63,703 nucleotides of DNA, filler included, from Raillietiella orientalis (GCA_036172245.1; 4 parts of 4 records of this genome joined end to end with filler, not necessarily neighbours in it); one strand, 5' to 3'. Shown: positions 51,604 through 63,703, counted from the whole stretch's first letter. The notes: generated by a model not told the origin, from the sequence alone. Translations and numbers: made by a program.

Positions 51604-53300
51604 TTACAATGGAGATTTCGGAGCGTGACGCCTCCCAGGTATTCGCGAAGGTGTTCCTTCGCACCTGAGAGTCGCGTTTAGTCCCCCGGCAAACGCTGAT
51701 CCCTGAATGGCGGTCCTTTGTCGCGAGGCCGCATCTCGAATATTAGCCGGGAATGGTCCGACAATGTCGACGCAACCCTCCCCCGTTTGCCGGCCCGTGA
51801 ACACAGGTCAGCGTCGAGGAAGACGTGGTCGATGCTGCGGACCATTCCTCTCTCACCCGCGAACAAGTTGCGCGCACGCATGGCGGCGCATAACTCGTTC
51901 ATCGCGTTCACTTGTGTTTCCGGCTCACCTGTTAGCTGACGGAGATTGATATTTATCACCCGGTCACTTCGNNNNNNNNNNNNNNNNNNNNNNNNNNNNN
52001 NNNNNNNNNNNNNNNTTAATTAATTAANNNNNNNNNNNNNNNNNNNNNNNNNNNNNNNNNNNNNNNNNNNNAAGGCCCCGGCTTGACCAAGTGAAAATGT
52101 CGAAATAAACGTTCCGCACCGCCTCCGCCACCCTGCCTCGGACGAGGAACGCTAGTCCGCTCGTGTGCGCAGAGCCTTGCCGCCAGTGTAGCGTCCCGCC
52201 CGCGCGCTGTTCCAGATCCGAAGTCTGCGGTTTGGAGATGCTATGTATCTCCTGCAGCAGCACCAGATCGAACGCGCGCAAAGCGTTGGTTACTGTCCGC
52301 CTTTCGTCAGCATCACGCAGCTCGTTGACATTCCAACAGACCACGCTGACGCGACGAGCGGATGCGAGTCCACACATTACTGCTGCGGACATGACGGCGT
52401 GCTCCTCGCCCCGTCGGGCGAGAAGTCAGCTGGTAGGAGAGCGGATTGGGAAGCGCAACCTCTCTCGTCCTTCACCACATCGCGCCCAGCTGAGTGCTGG
52501 GAGCCGAGGATCATCGCCTCGGTCTCCATGCAGGAGCCGGAACCGCCTCCGGCAACAGGCTCGTGCTTTCGCACTTTAGCCCGGCGCGCTACCGGCTTAC
52601 CCCGGGATGCGCGCTCCATTTGTTTGCACTCGGACTCCACCTCGGAGTCCGAGTGCCTGGCGCGAGACTGGCGTTTTGACAGTCCCTTTTTGTTTCGGCA
52701 GGTGGAGGCTTGCCCTGCCCGCGCGGGTGTCGTCGCAGTCGCCAACGCAGCTTCCGGAGCTTTGGCTTCCGCAACCGCCCTCTCGCGCGAAGCGACGGAG
52801 ACAGAGCACGCAGCCGTAGTGCGTACCTGGGTACGCACCTTCTTCGGCGTGCTTCTCTTTTGCCTCCCACCCACCTTAAGGATGGGGAATATTGAAGGGT
52901 CAACCTTCTTCTTCCCCTTTGTGGGCGTCCTGGAAACGCGAGTCCAGCCCGCGTCGGGGACGCCCTCCTGGGAGACCGACGCCTCCCTCAATTGTTTGGC
53001 CGGAGATGCCGGCTCAGGTTTCGCGCTCGCGACGGGAGACGGCTCCGTTTCCGTTACGCGCTGCAACTGCTCCTTAGCCGGTGCGGAAGAAACGGCGGTC
53101 ATTGCCGCCGTCGCGCGAGGCGCTATTGCAGCCTTCGCTGCTCGTGCCTTCGCCGTGGAAGACGTGATCTCCGCGGCCGTAGGAGGAGACTGCCGTTCAC
53201 AGGCAGCTACGAGTTTGCCCGCGCATGGTTTCCCGTTTGTTCCGCTGGACGCGGAAACGGACGCGGACGGTTCAGCAGCAGATCGCTCTGGTTCTCTCAG
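51604..53300 (-). mobile_element. Tx1-like fragment F: ORF1 C-terminal part and APE, spanning the third gap
   Basis: ORF 52377-53318 is basic and low-complexity; VVCWNVNE..VLLQEIH right of the gap and SIDHVFL..LSDH left of the gap are in collinear order. Confidence 0.82.
51972..52071. other. Assembly gap with TTAATTAATTAA spacer
   Basis: N run with spacer at 52016-52027. Confidence 0.98.
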
Positions 53301-56300
53301 GGATAATAGTGATGGCACCGGTATTTTAGCAGAACGAGCGGGTAAGGGGTATGGGTGGGCTTCAGGACGTAGTGGTCACCGGATAAAGCCGTTCCTAAAA
53401 GTCTGTAAACCGGCGGTGGATGCCGGCGATGTTCTCTTTGAGCTCGTCACGAAGATGCGACCACCTAGCAGCGTTTTTCATGGATTCTGCTGCAAACCGG
53501 TGAGCCTCCCTTTGCTGCGCTGACAACTCCAGGGTGTAGCGGGCCTTCACGATGGCGCGAATGCAACAGATGGTTGCGACAATCGCGCCAACTGAAAATC
53601 CATTCCTCCTGAAGAAGCGCCGCAGCATATCAATGGCAGTGCCTCCTTGCGGCAGGATGGCTGAAATCAGCCTTCGCCACAGTTCACGGAGGTCACCGCA
53701 GTCCATCAAGAGGTGCGGAAAAGACTCGATCTCACCGCACCTCAAACAGTTTGGCGGAGCAGCTTCCCCGGAAACGATGCTTCGATGCCGATTACAGTGG
53801 AAGCCTCAGTGTCAAAAGAGCAGCACATCTTGTTCCACTTTAAGGGGAACAAGGAGCTGTCCAAACAAACGGGGGGAACCACTATCTCTTCGGGGGGTAC
53901 ACTTAAAAGTTCACTCCACCGAAGCAGGCTCTTCGCCCGATTACGAGGAGTGGCAGTTTCCACCAGCTCCTTTGTCGTTTAGCAGCCGAGGAGCTTACTG
54001 ACTCCCGCTATTGAGCAGCAGAACTCCCATTTCGCCGGTAGGCAACTGTCGTTGCTTGCCCTGAGGGCAGACAGCGCTGCGGCGAGCGGTGTGGCGGCCA
54101 GACGATCCGACATCTTCTTGTCCTGCATAACTTCGTCCATTGGATGACTGAGGAGAAGTCGCAGGCGCCGAAGATCTTCCGGGCTCGTTCCTTCGGAAGC
54201 TGCAACGATGAAAAAGATTCCTACCGCCATGCATTAATGTTCATGGGGCGGCAGGAGATCCAGCTTTGGGCTTCCAGCACTGAGGACAGCTGCCTCAGCG
54301 GGAAGCCAAACCCTATTCTGGTGTGCCGAAAGTGGGGCAGCAACGAAAGCAGTCCCTCGCTTCCCGTGCAGCGCCTTAGTATAAGTCGAGCGAGTAAGCA
54401 CCACGGCGTACACCACAGCTTGGCACAGAGCCGCAGCATTCGAAACTGCACCTGCAGCTCGATGCTTTTTAAGTCTAGGATGCCAAAGCTTGCATCTGGA
54501 CGTGGAGCCATCAAGTCCTTAAGTCTTACGCTGGATCCTGCAGCGCCCCACAACGTTTTGCGCAGAAGTTGCTGCGCCCAGACTTTGACTTCCTGGGGGG
54601 GTGGACAAACAAAAAACAGGGGGCGAAGGAGGGGGGCAACGAAGGTGTTCCAGATGCAGGCCCGTTCCGGCAAGACGAACTCGCCTCCTGAAAACGTGCC
54701 AAGTGCACGCTCTGCCTTCCGAAGGCAGTCCGACCACGCTTCTGAGATGCACTAGTCGCCAAACGGCACGCCAAGGTACCTTAGGTACCTGCCCGTGGGG
54801 AACCCCAGGCGGATCCAGTCGGACTGCTCCTCCCACGTCGCTCCAGCCGGAACAACCATGCACTTGCTCCTGTTGACGCTCACGCACGCACCGCGAGGGA
54901 TCACTTCAAAGAAATCTTCAAGCGACGCTGCCGGGGTGGACATGGGCAATAGGAGGAGCAGGTCGTCGGCATAGGCTGCCATAGAGCTCCTGGAGTAGGA
55001 GCGGGCCTGCAGAAAATCTCTGCTGTTGGCTGCACCCTCTCCGAAACCGCGCTGAAGCTGGTGCAAGGGAAACCGACAGCAAAACTCGCGGACCGATCTT
55101 TTCAGATCGTCCCAGTCAGCAAGCTTACTTATGGCGAAGCAGCGGAGGTACTGGCGAAGATGCTCCGCCGCCTCCGAATTGCTAAGCCAGTCGGCCGGCA
55201 TCCTCCAAACACAGTTTGGAGGCCCCTTGCCTGGCGGGAGCAACTCGAACTCGAGCCTGTTTTGGTCTGAAAGCACGGACGGCACGGGACCTCTCCGACC
55301 CACTCGACAGAGCAAGTCTTGATCAAGGTATACGTGGTCCGGCGTTGCTGCCATAACAGGGTCGCTAGCGAACAAGTTGCACGCGTGCACGCACGCGCAC
55401 ATCTCTTCCGCTAGCAACTTTTCCCTTTTGTGGGATCTATTCTCGGTCAGCAGGTGGACGTTAAAGTCCCCCGCAATGAGATGGGCCAGAGTAGGGTGAG
55501 AGCGAGTGAGCCACTGGCTCTAAACGGTACCGAAGAACTCAATCCTTTCGGCTCATCGACCAGCACCGCTGGGCGATGCCACCAGGATACGCCGGGACGT
55601 TTATTAAAAACATTTCAACGGTCAATACAGAACGTGGTACAAGGCCCCACTGACGGCCACGCAATACCGGAACTGCCGGGACACCGGGACGCAGCCCGGT
55701 GTGGCTCTCCTCGGCAGTGGAGGGGGATGGGGGAAAAAACAAAAATAAAATAAAAGAGAAAAACAAACCACAAAAGAAAGTTTGGAGGGCCGGGAAGGGA
55801 TCACAGAAAACTGCTGGGAGCGCCCATCCTTTGCAGGATGCCTTCTAGTTCCATTTTCAGCTTTCCTAGATGGGGCCATCGGGTAGCTCTCTGCAGGAAG
55901 CGAGAAGCATACTCGATGATGTCCCTCACGATGCAGTCTTCATCTTCGGCATCACTCCAGGCCGCCACGATACCACGAATGCAGCAAAGTGCTGCCAGGG
56001 CTGCGGCTGTACTGAGGGAGTCCCGCACGAAGACAAGACTGAAGACACATCCAACATTGCCACCATCCGGTATTCGGAGGGCCGTTTTCAGACGATCCCA
56101 AAGAATCTGGACGGCAGGGCATTCAACTAAGAGGTGGAGGAGCGACTCCCGCTCCCCACACCTGGCACACGCAGGTTTTACTCTTCCCCGCGTCCAGTGG
56201 AAGCGGCGCGCGTTGCAGGGTAGACCCCAATGCAGCCACAGAAGCGCCGATTCTTGCCACTTTAGGGGGAGAATCCTGGATCCAAGTAGAACCAAAAGCC

Positions 56301-57810
56301 ACTTCAGGTCATTCAATCGAATGCCTAGCAGCTCGCCCCATCTTCTTAATCCACGCGGCTGGAGACTAGGGGTCGTTGCATCTGTCAACTCTCCCATGGT
56401 CCAGCCGCTCATCATCTTCTCTCTGCCTGCGATACGGCAGCAGACTTGCCACCTTGGCTTCCGGCTTTTGTGAAGCGCCCTATGGAGGAAGGGCATCGCC
56501 GTGAAAAGGGCTGTGCCTTCCGACCACGTGCAACTCGTTGGAAATTCAAGAATTTCACGGAGAGTTCGGCGGGCGTAAAAGCCGACTCGCAGGCAGTTCA
56601 TCCGTTCTTCGCACCTCTGGTTCTGCTTGGACCAGGTGCCAGCAGTCTCTTCCAGCCAAGCTGAGGAGTTGGCAGGGCCACAAACCATCCAGTCGTTCTC
56701 CTTTGCCAGGGTTGCCATGCGGCCGAGCATTAGACCGCATCTTCGAATCTTCCGGCCAGGGCACAGAAGAAACGATGCGAGTCCTTCGCAGCGGGACACA
56801 CGCCTGGCGAGGAGGCGGGCCGGAATGCACCAAGCGGTGCTCCACATCTTCGCTGCGATGGCGAGGGTCCGCCATCGCAGCTGGATTTCCACGCGCTCCA
56901 GCGTCAGGATGCTGAGACCGCCGTCCCGCACGTACGTGCGACGCCGCACCTATAATGCAGCGTTCCGCCCGCACGCCGTTCGATTTCGGCAGCTTGGTCT
57001 TCGGAGATGCTGTGAATCTCCTACAGGAGCATCAAGTCGGAGGCGCGCAGAGCGTTAGCTACTAGTCGCCTCTTCTCGTCGTGTTGGAGCCCGTTGACAT
57101 GCCAGCACGCCACGGCAACACGACGAGAAGACGCGATTGCCCTCATCACGGCTGGGAAAGCGAGGTCGTGGTGCTCGCCTCACCCGGAGACAGGCTGGAG
57201 GGCGTGGTGGCCACCGGCCTCCACCGTGCTGCGCGCAATCGAGTGCTCCTCCCCGAATGCAGAACCTGTGGGTTCCGGGGTGAGCACTCCCCGCTCCTCG
57301 GCGAGTGTGTCACGCCTCAGGGCTTCAGCCCTGCGGGCGCTCGCTCCGGCGCGAGTAACTCGTCGTTCAGCGGCGTTATAGGACTCCTTTACGCAGTCTG
57401 ATGCTCGCGCGATCGACGTGCGTTTGCATCCGTCCGATCGCGACGAAATCGTCTTCTCGGCGGTCACTGAGGCGGACTTGCAAGCGTTGATGGCGCTGGC
57501 TTTTTCCAGGGCAGAAGAACCCTCCGCGCGTGTTTTCTTGTTCACGCGGCTGTTCTTTGCCTTCAAAGAGCTCGCGGATGGAGGTTCAGAAGCCTTCTTG
57601 GGAGATTTTTTTTTTCTTCTCTCCACAACCTCCCATTCTCCGTCACGATTTTTGGACGCTTCCGCGACTTTCGTCTCGGAAACCTCCTGAGTTTTCGCTG
57701 CCGCCTCTAGAGGCGTCGCTTTCTCCACGCCTCTAAAAGGAGGCAGCGGAGTCACCTTCTTGGCAGTCTGGAGATTGCTCCTCTCTTGCCGAGTCGGTGT
57801 TCTTGCTTCG
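53301..57810 (-). mobile_element. Tx1-like family D, copy 2 (about 1 kb of RT deleted at ~54980; interrupted by E')
   Basis: Reverse complement aligns with 39830-44165; the peptide jumps from QARSYSR directly to AAYADD. Confidence 0.9.
55582..56927 (-). mobile_element. 5'-truncated family E relative (E') nested in the APE region of D copy 2
   Basis: ORF 55801-56949 aligns to 45177-46310 (RDGGL..LERVEI..SRCEGLASFLLCPGRKIRRCG..CARCGERESLLHLLVEC); ends in AATAAA+hairpin; D sequence resumes on both sides. Confidence 0.9.
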
Positions 57811-58012
57811 AGGTTCATTGTATTGCGTACACGACGACGGTTAATCATTTAATTGTGATCGTGTGTGTCCGGAGCAGAAAAGTGTCCAGAAGAAAGTGAG
57901 TATGGACTAGAGTGTGCTGCATAGGATCAGCTCATACAGCTACAAAAGAAGCGCCGAGGAGATCACGGAGGAAGACCTGCAATCGTCCAAGGCAGCAAGA
58001 CCAGCTGCCAGG

Positions 58013-59769
58013 ATGCTGGCACCTGGAGGAGGAGTGGAGAGACCGTCGTCCCCCATGGAAGCCATGGAGGTGACGTGCGCCAACGGCGAGGCGGTGGCAG
58101 AAATGCCGAGGATCGCGCCCGCGGCGGGCATTGCTGCGCCAGCGGCGGCGATGCTAATGGTCGTGCCCGCGGCGACGCCGAGGATCGTGCCCGCGGTGGG
58201 GAAGGTCGCGCCTACGGCGGCGATGCCGAGGGTGCCGCCCGCGGCGGCAACGGTGGCGACGTCGAGGGTTGCGCTCGCAACGGCGGCGTCCCAGGCAGGA
58301 CCCGCGGGCATCCACGCGGTGCAGGGCGAAACACCATCTTGTTCGGCTGCGGCGGCGCAGCCCTTTTTCTATGCGTCGGTGGCGGCTGGACAAGCGAGTG
58401 TCCACCCACCAAGAAAATTCGGGAAGCCGCTATGCGGCAAAGTCCAAAAGGTGGATCGGCCAATCGTGGATTTAGGGCCGAATGTGAAGCCCATCATTTT
58501 CAAGACTGGGCTGATCAAATTCAATAATATCAGGGAGGTGTATCTGTCCCTCGATAAAACGGATATCAATTTTGATCGCATACAGGCGATCATACCGGCA
58601 AACAACGGGTTCACAGTCTTCACAGACTGTGAAAATATTAGAGAGCGATTGATCCAGAAGATGATCAATATACAAGGGAGGATGGTTTGTGGTATTGGCG
58701 AAATGCCATACAAAACCGTCTTTCTGAACGGCATCACCATCCTCACACCGCAACTAACGGTGTGGATCTTTTTGGAGCAGTATGGGAAAGTTCTGGACCT
58801 TAAATTCCAGAACTTCTCTGGAAATATATTTTCTGGCGACATGATCGCCAAAATGAAGTCAAAAGAGAGAGCTGTGATCCCTGGATTAGCCGTTCTTGAC
58901 GAACAATCCCAGAGAGTGAACGTGCGTTACCGGGACAACCGGTATTCTGCACCGGGTGTAAGCAGTTCGGCCACAGGGCCGGCGCTTACCCAACGGGTCG
59001 TTGTTTCCGCTGCAACAAAGTAGGACATCAAGTCCAAAACTGTCCGCAGCCGGAGGTGAGCTCCTTCTGCAAGAAACACGGACATGCCAAATGGAGCTGT
59101 CCGGAGTTTGCAAACTGCAGAAGGATTCGAGGTCTCTCTCCCGTGAGAGAGAGAAACACCAAGGAGGCGGAACAGCCTCAGAAGGCAGGAAGGCCGAAGA
59201 AGGTGAAAGAAGCAGTTTCGGTATCGCAAGACGGCTTCATACAGGTAGGGAAGAAAGCAAAGAGCAGGATGCTCGTCAAGGAGCAAGAAGCTCCTCTTAT
59301 CCTGGAAGGTGAAGAGCAAGAAGGCGAGAAGATGGAGGTAGCGCAAAAAGGCGCGGAAGAAGAAATAGCCGAAGCCACTCCGGTGTCGCAGGAGGCCCTG
59401 CAATCTACGGAGGAGCTGGCATCACTGGCTAATAAAGTCCTAGAGGTGCAGAGCGGTCCCCAGCAAGAGAAAACCTTGCAGAAGATCTGCAATGCACAGA
59501 AGAAGGTCAACCAGGTTATGGTGGTCACCGAGCGCGAGAAGCTAGAGGAGCAGCTTCTCGACGTAAAGGCGAACTTCTGCGCCAAGGTCGAGATAGAGGC
59601 GCTATCTCGAAAATTGATCGCGCGGGCCGAACACTCGACGGAGGTGGCGGAAGTAACCGACCTCACCGGAACAGAGAGTGACGCCGGCAGCGAGAAGCCC
59701 GCTGCTTCTTCATTGTCTGAAAGAGCAAGCTCTCTCAGACAGAAGAAGCTCAGGAAGGCCAAAAAATAG
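58013..59769 (+). pseudogene. Family C ORF1 (gag-like, zinc knuckles, acidic/basic tail)
   Basis: Pieces 57914-59023 and 59056-59769; CKKHGHAKWSC knuckle; matches ORF1 of copy 1. Confidence 0.85.
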
Positions 59770-59782
59770 GTCTTCCCCTTTT

Positions 59783-62700
59783 ATGACCTCTTCCCTATCG
59801 ACCGCCAGGAGGCTGAACATCGCCTCCTGGAATGTAAACGGTGTGGTCGACCAGGGAAAAAGAAAAAGGATTGTGCGAACCATCGCACAACAAGACATAG
59901 TGTGCCTGCAGGAGACCCACAAGATGGGTCTCGAGATTAGTCAGCAAATGGAACGGCGATTCAACGGGCAGATGTTCGTCAGCGACGGAGAACGGAACAC
60001 GCAGGGTGTGGCGGTCCTAATCAAGAACAAATTGGTCCCCACTATTCTGGAAGTGTTCTGTACCCAACCCGGACGAATCATCGGCGTGCGACTGGCCTGG
60101 TCCGCTACTGTTCACCTCATCCTGGTGAACGTCTACGGGCTGAAACATCGTTGTGCGGAGGCGCTGCATGCAGCACTCCGTGAAAAGGTTGCCCCAAAGG
60201 GCGTCGTGATTTTGGCTGGCGATCTCAACATATGGGATGAGATCACTCATTCCCAAGACGCCAGAGGAAGGACGGCGTATCGGCGGTTATCCGACGAGTT
60301 CGGACTGGTGTGGCGAACTGCAAGTCACAAGGCGATCGATCACGACCTGCACAGCACCGAACTTGGGAACCGCATCCAGGGGTTTCGCGACACTATGACT
60401 ACGGTGTCCGATCACCCCCTGGTGCGGTTTTCCCAGAGAACGGAGAATCCTCGGCGGAGGCAATGCACCAGGGCGGCGCTCATCAGCATGCCCGACTGGT
60501 TCGAGACACATCCTGGACATCAGGCTGTCCTGGAGACGATTCTGAAGGCAACAACAATCCGAAGAGTCGCCGACTGGGACAGCTTGAAACACAGGATACA
60601 CCTGTTTGCAAATATGCAATTCGGGGATAGGCGCTTGGGGCAGGAGGCCTACCGGCAGCTGAACATCCAAGATCGCTCACTCTCAAAGTACTTCGATCAG
60701 TACGAGAGTCGGTACGTCTTCAAGAACATAAAAGGGGAAGTCGACGTGCTGGAGAAGAGAAATCTGGGAACAGATATTTTCTGCATCCAGTACGACGGTC
60801 AAAAGCGACAGTCGTCTGAGGACATCGTGGATGCCTTCCACAGGCATTACACGAAACACTTTAGGCGACAACATCTCTGTCGCTCTAGTCAACAGGCGTT
60901 TCTGAGCTACCTCGAGAAGAGGACCGACGATCTCCAGCGGAACAGACTGAAGGAGGAATTCTCCGAATTCGAGGTGAAGACTGCGTTTGGTCAACTACGC
61001 AAGGACGTGGCAGCGGGCCCTGACAGCGTACCCATCACTCAATATCAGCGGTATCTGCATGCCTACCTGCGTTTGTCCCACCAGTTGACGCTCTGCATCC
61101 GCGAAGAAGGAAGACTTCCACAGTCCTTCTACGAGAGTCGGATGAGATTGTTTCCAAAAGGAGGCGACCTCACGCAGGTCGCTCAATGGAGGCAAATCTC
61201 GATCCTGTACTCGGATGCCAAGTGGTTGGCGAAGATCTGGTCCAACCGCTTAGGCAAGGTCATGTCGAGGCTGATCTCTCCGGTCCAAACGTGTGCAGTC
61301 CCTGGACGCCACATGTCGGACAATGTCAAGTGTGCTAAGGCCAACGTCGGACTCAGCCGATACGTCGGCGAGAACGTGGCGCTGGTGTTCACTGACATGG
61401 AGAAGGCTTTCGACTCCATCGACCATGGGATCCTGCTGAAGGTTCTGGAGAAGCTAGGCCTTCCGGAACACTTTAGCAACTTCGTGAGGGTGGTTTTCCA
61501 GAACCAGTACTGCCGAATCAAAATCAACGGCCAGGAGACGGCAGCAATCCGGATGGAACGGGTAGTCCGGCAGGGCGATTCGCTAAGTCCGATGCTGTTC
61601 GTCATCTACATGGAGGCGTTGTCGTCCTTTATCGAGAAGAGCGGACGACTGCAAGGCATAACAATCGATGGCCAGCGTCTTACCCATCTGGCATACGCTG
61701 ATGATCTACTCTTCTTTATCAAGGGAGAGAGAAATCAACGAGCGTTTCTGGATGTGGTAGACCTGATGGATCAAGGCCTGGGTCTAAAGATCAACGCCCA
61801 GAAAAGCCAGCTCTTGCCCGTTGGAATCCTCGATCTCTCCACTCTAGCGGGGAGAGGATTCCGAACGGTGGACAAGGCCAAGTACCTGGGTGTCTACATT
61901 GGCGACGTCTCCGCGTCGAAGCTATTGTGGACCGAGATCCTAGGGAAAACGGCCAAGGAAGCAGCCAAGTACACCCGAACGGACCTTGGAATGAAGCGAA
62001 AGGCCAACATATGGAACGGAGTACTCCTTCCAAAAGTGCTCTTCGGGGCGGCCTTCGCGAGGATGAACAAGGAAACCACGAGGGAGTTCGACAAGCTGCA
62101 GAGAAAAACACTGTGGGGCCACTATCGCCCAAGAGTCCGACTAAAACCCCTGTGTCGTCCCAGGGAAGAAGGCGGTTCCGGGATGAAGTCGCTTGCACAC
62201 TCCATAGAAATCATGGATACGCGACACATCCTGGACATTGCCACTCACTGGGATGACTGGCCGTATGCGGCGCACAGGGCCTACGCGTTGTTGTTGAACA
62301 ACTCGAAAGGCCTGATGACTGCGCTGCTAGGCCGAGCAGGCGAATGGAAAAAAATCGACCCAACTCGACGAGGATGCAACGGCTGGTGCGAAAGCACAAA
62401 ATCAAGATCGTGCCGAGAAGTAGGGAACTCTGGCAGGACGAGTCCATCCTGGTGATCCCTTGGATGCTTCCTGTCCCGCCGTACACGAGAAGCTGGATCC
62501 ACCAGCGATCCATAATTACCCTTCAACGAATCCAGGAGTGGAAACGAGGAGGGTAGCTACATCACACTCGTATACTTAGGTATATAGAGATGATGTTAGG
62601 AAGGTTTACCCACATGACTCGCGAAGTGTGGTTCAATCACAACGACTTTGCGTGGTCCAGGGTATGCAAAACAAACCTCCGAAGATTAATTCGGGAAGAA

Positions 62701-63291
62701 GACCGTGACATAAGTGCCCTCCAGGAAGCCGCCGATTGCTAAGGGAGCAATCGCATCAACCTGCCAGCGATCGGCACGATGCTCTGGAGGACTTATCATC
62801 CGCCGGACACCCAGGATGACCTCCTGATGTTTTATCATGGAGGAATCCAGAGTGAGTCCCGATTGCAGTACTATACCGGAAGACGGGAAGATCAAGACTG
62901 CACGGCATGTGGAGACAACGACACGAGACTCCACGTCTAGACGTGTCCCACATTGCTGCATGACTGGCTGATCCTGAAAAGGATCATCGGACTTACGAAC
63001 AGATCCGTAATGGAGATCCTCGCCGGGATGTTTCAGGGGGATGGTAATGTTCCCTGTTACAATCCCATGGTGAGGACGACCATCGCCCTCTTCATCACCG
63101 CCATACTTGTGCGGTGGTGGAAAATGAGGAAAGCCAGAAGAGCCGCACCACCGATGGAGATCCTACAAGGGCTCCTGAAGAGGGAAATCGGCATTAGAAA
63201 CTGTGGGAAAATCCAAGCCTGGACGTACCGATTCATCCTGAAGAGGATAGAAGACGACGCCCGGGACCAAACAGCAGGAAACCCACCATGA
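59783..63291 (+). pseudogene. Family C ORF2 (APE + RT), open for ~860 codons then frameshifted
   Basis: WNVNG, CLQETH, GDLN, IDH, SDH; AAGPD, FPKGGDL..QWRQIS, DMEKAFD, RQGDSLSP, YADD, YLGV; frameshift ~62365 and later disruptions. Confidence 0.92.
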
Positions 63292-63703
63292 GTGCAGAAC
63301 TTGTGAACTCATGGTCTTCAGAGTGGTAAAAGCAGTGCTAATGGTATGAATGAGACTATAGTGTGAATGTTTTTGTAGAAAAATTTTGAAAAATAAATTT
63401 ACCCCACCCCTTGTGGGACCTGGGAAAACTTGCCGAGTCGGTGAAGGGGCGGCTGCATGCAGCGTGTTTTTGCGCGGCGCGCCGCGGCTTGCTACGGGTT
63501 TCGTAGCCGCCGCAGAGACCCCTACGTTGGATTGGGGTTTGCCGGTTTGGGGAGGGACAGCGGGTTGGAGCTGGAAGTCTTCGCCCTGTGTCGATCTTCT
63601 TGCTCACCTACCTTTCCTACCGAGGTTCTTCGGATATTTCTTGGTTCCTGGCCTGGAGAGGTGTTTCCCAGTACGGCAGCGAGGGCGGGCACGGCACGCG
63701 TAG

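Larger units (their letters stand above)
57850..63397 (+). mobile_element. Tx1-like family C, copy 2, near full length
   Basis: ORF1 58013-59769 (frameshift ~58935, stop 59021-59023), ORF2 59783-63291, short 3' UTR ending AATAAA at ~63392-63397; inverted homologue of 34817-39800. Confidence 0.93.

Noticed and set aside
39153..53523. Long antisense or alternative-frame ORFs (e.g. 52243-53523, 45828-46760, 41580-42404)
   Set aside because: Shadows of GC-rich retroelement ORFs with no independent motifs.
63398..63703. Possible further ORF1-like fragment on the minus strand
   Set aside because: Low-complexity basic peptide with stops, cut by the window end; not assignable.

Overview
Repeat-rich eukaryotic scaffold in four contigs joined by 100-bp N gaps carrying an artificial TTAATTAATTAA spacer. 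(1) 1-16533: ~59.5 copies of a 278-bp satellite with patchwork block duplications. (2) 17410-27800: decayed NeSL/Utopia-like (RLE-type) retroelement parts. Two divergent elements have zinc fingers and the pre-RT 'LQxLY' motif followed not by reverse transcriptase but by a CRESS-DNA-virus (nanovirus Rep-like) SF3 helicase domain, then a restriction-like endonuclease or its remnant. Both abut antisense 28S rDNA fragments that stop 13-15 nt from the R2 target site. This RT-less ZnF-helicase-RLE architecture is the main candidate for an undescribed system. (3) 27800-34250: AT-rich unique DNA with a divergent PGK-like fragment. (4) 34260-63703: dense nest of Tx1-like (L1-clade, APE-RT) retrotransposons of several subfamilies, including a head-to-head pair present twice in inverted orientation, a precise 44-nt intron-like indel between copies, and a shared AATAAA+GC-hairpin 3' end. 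Family labels A-H are mine, element boundaries are approximate, and all homology calls are by eye from motifs, without database searches.
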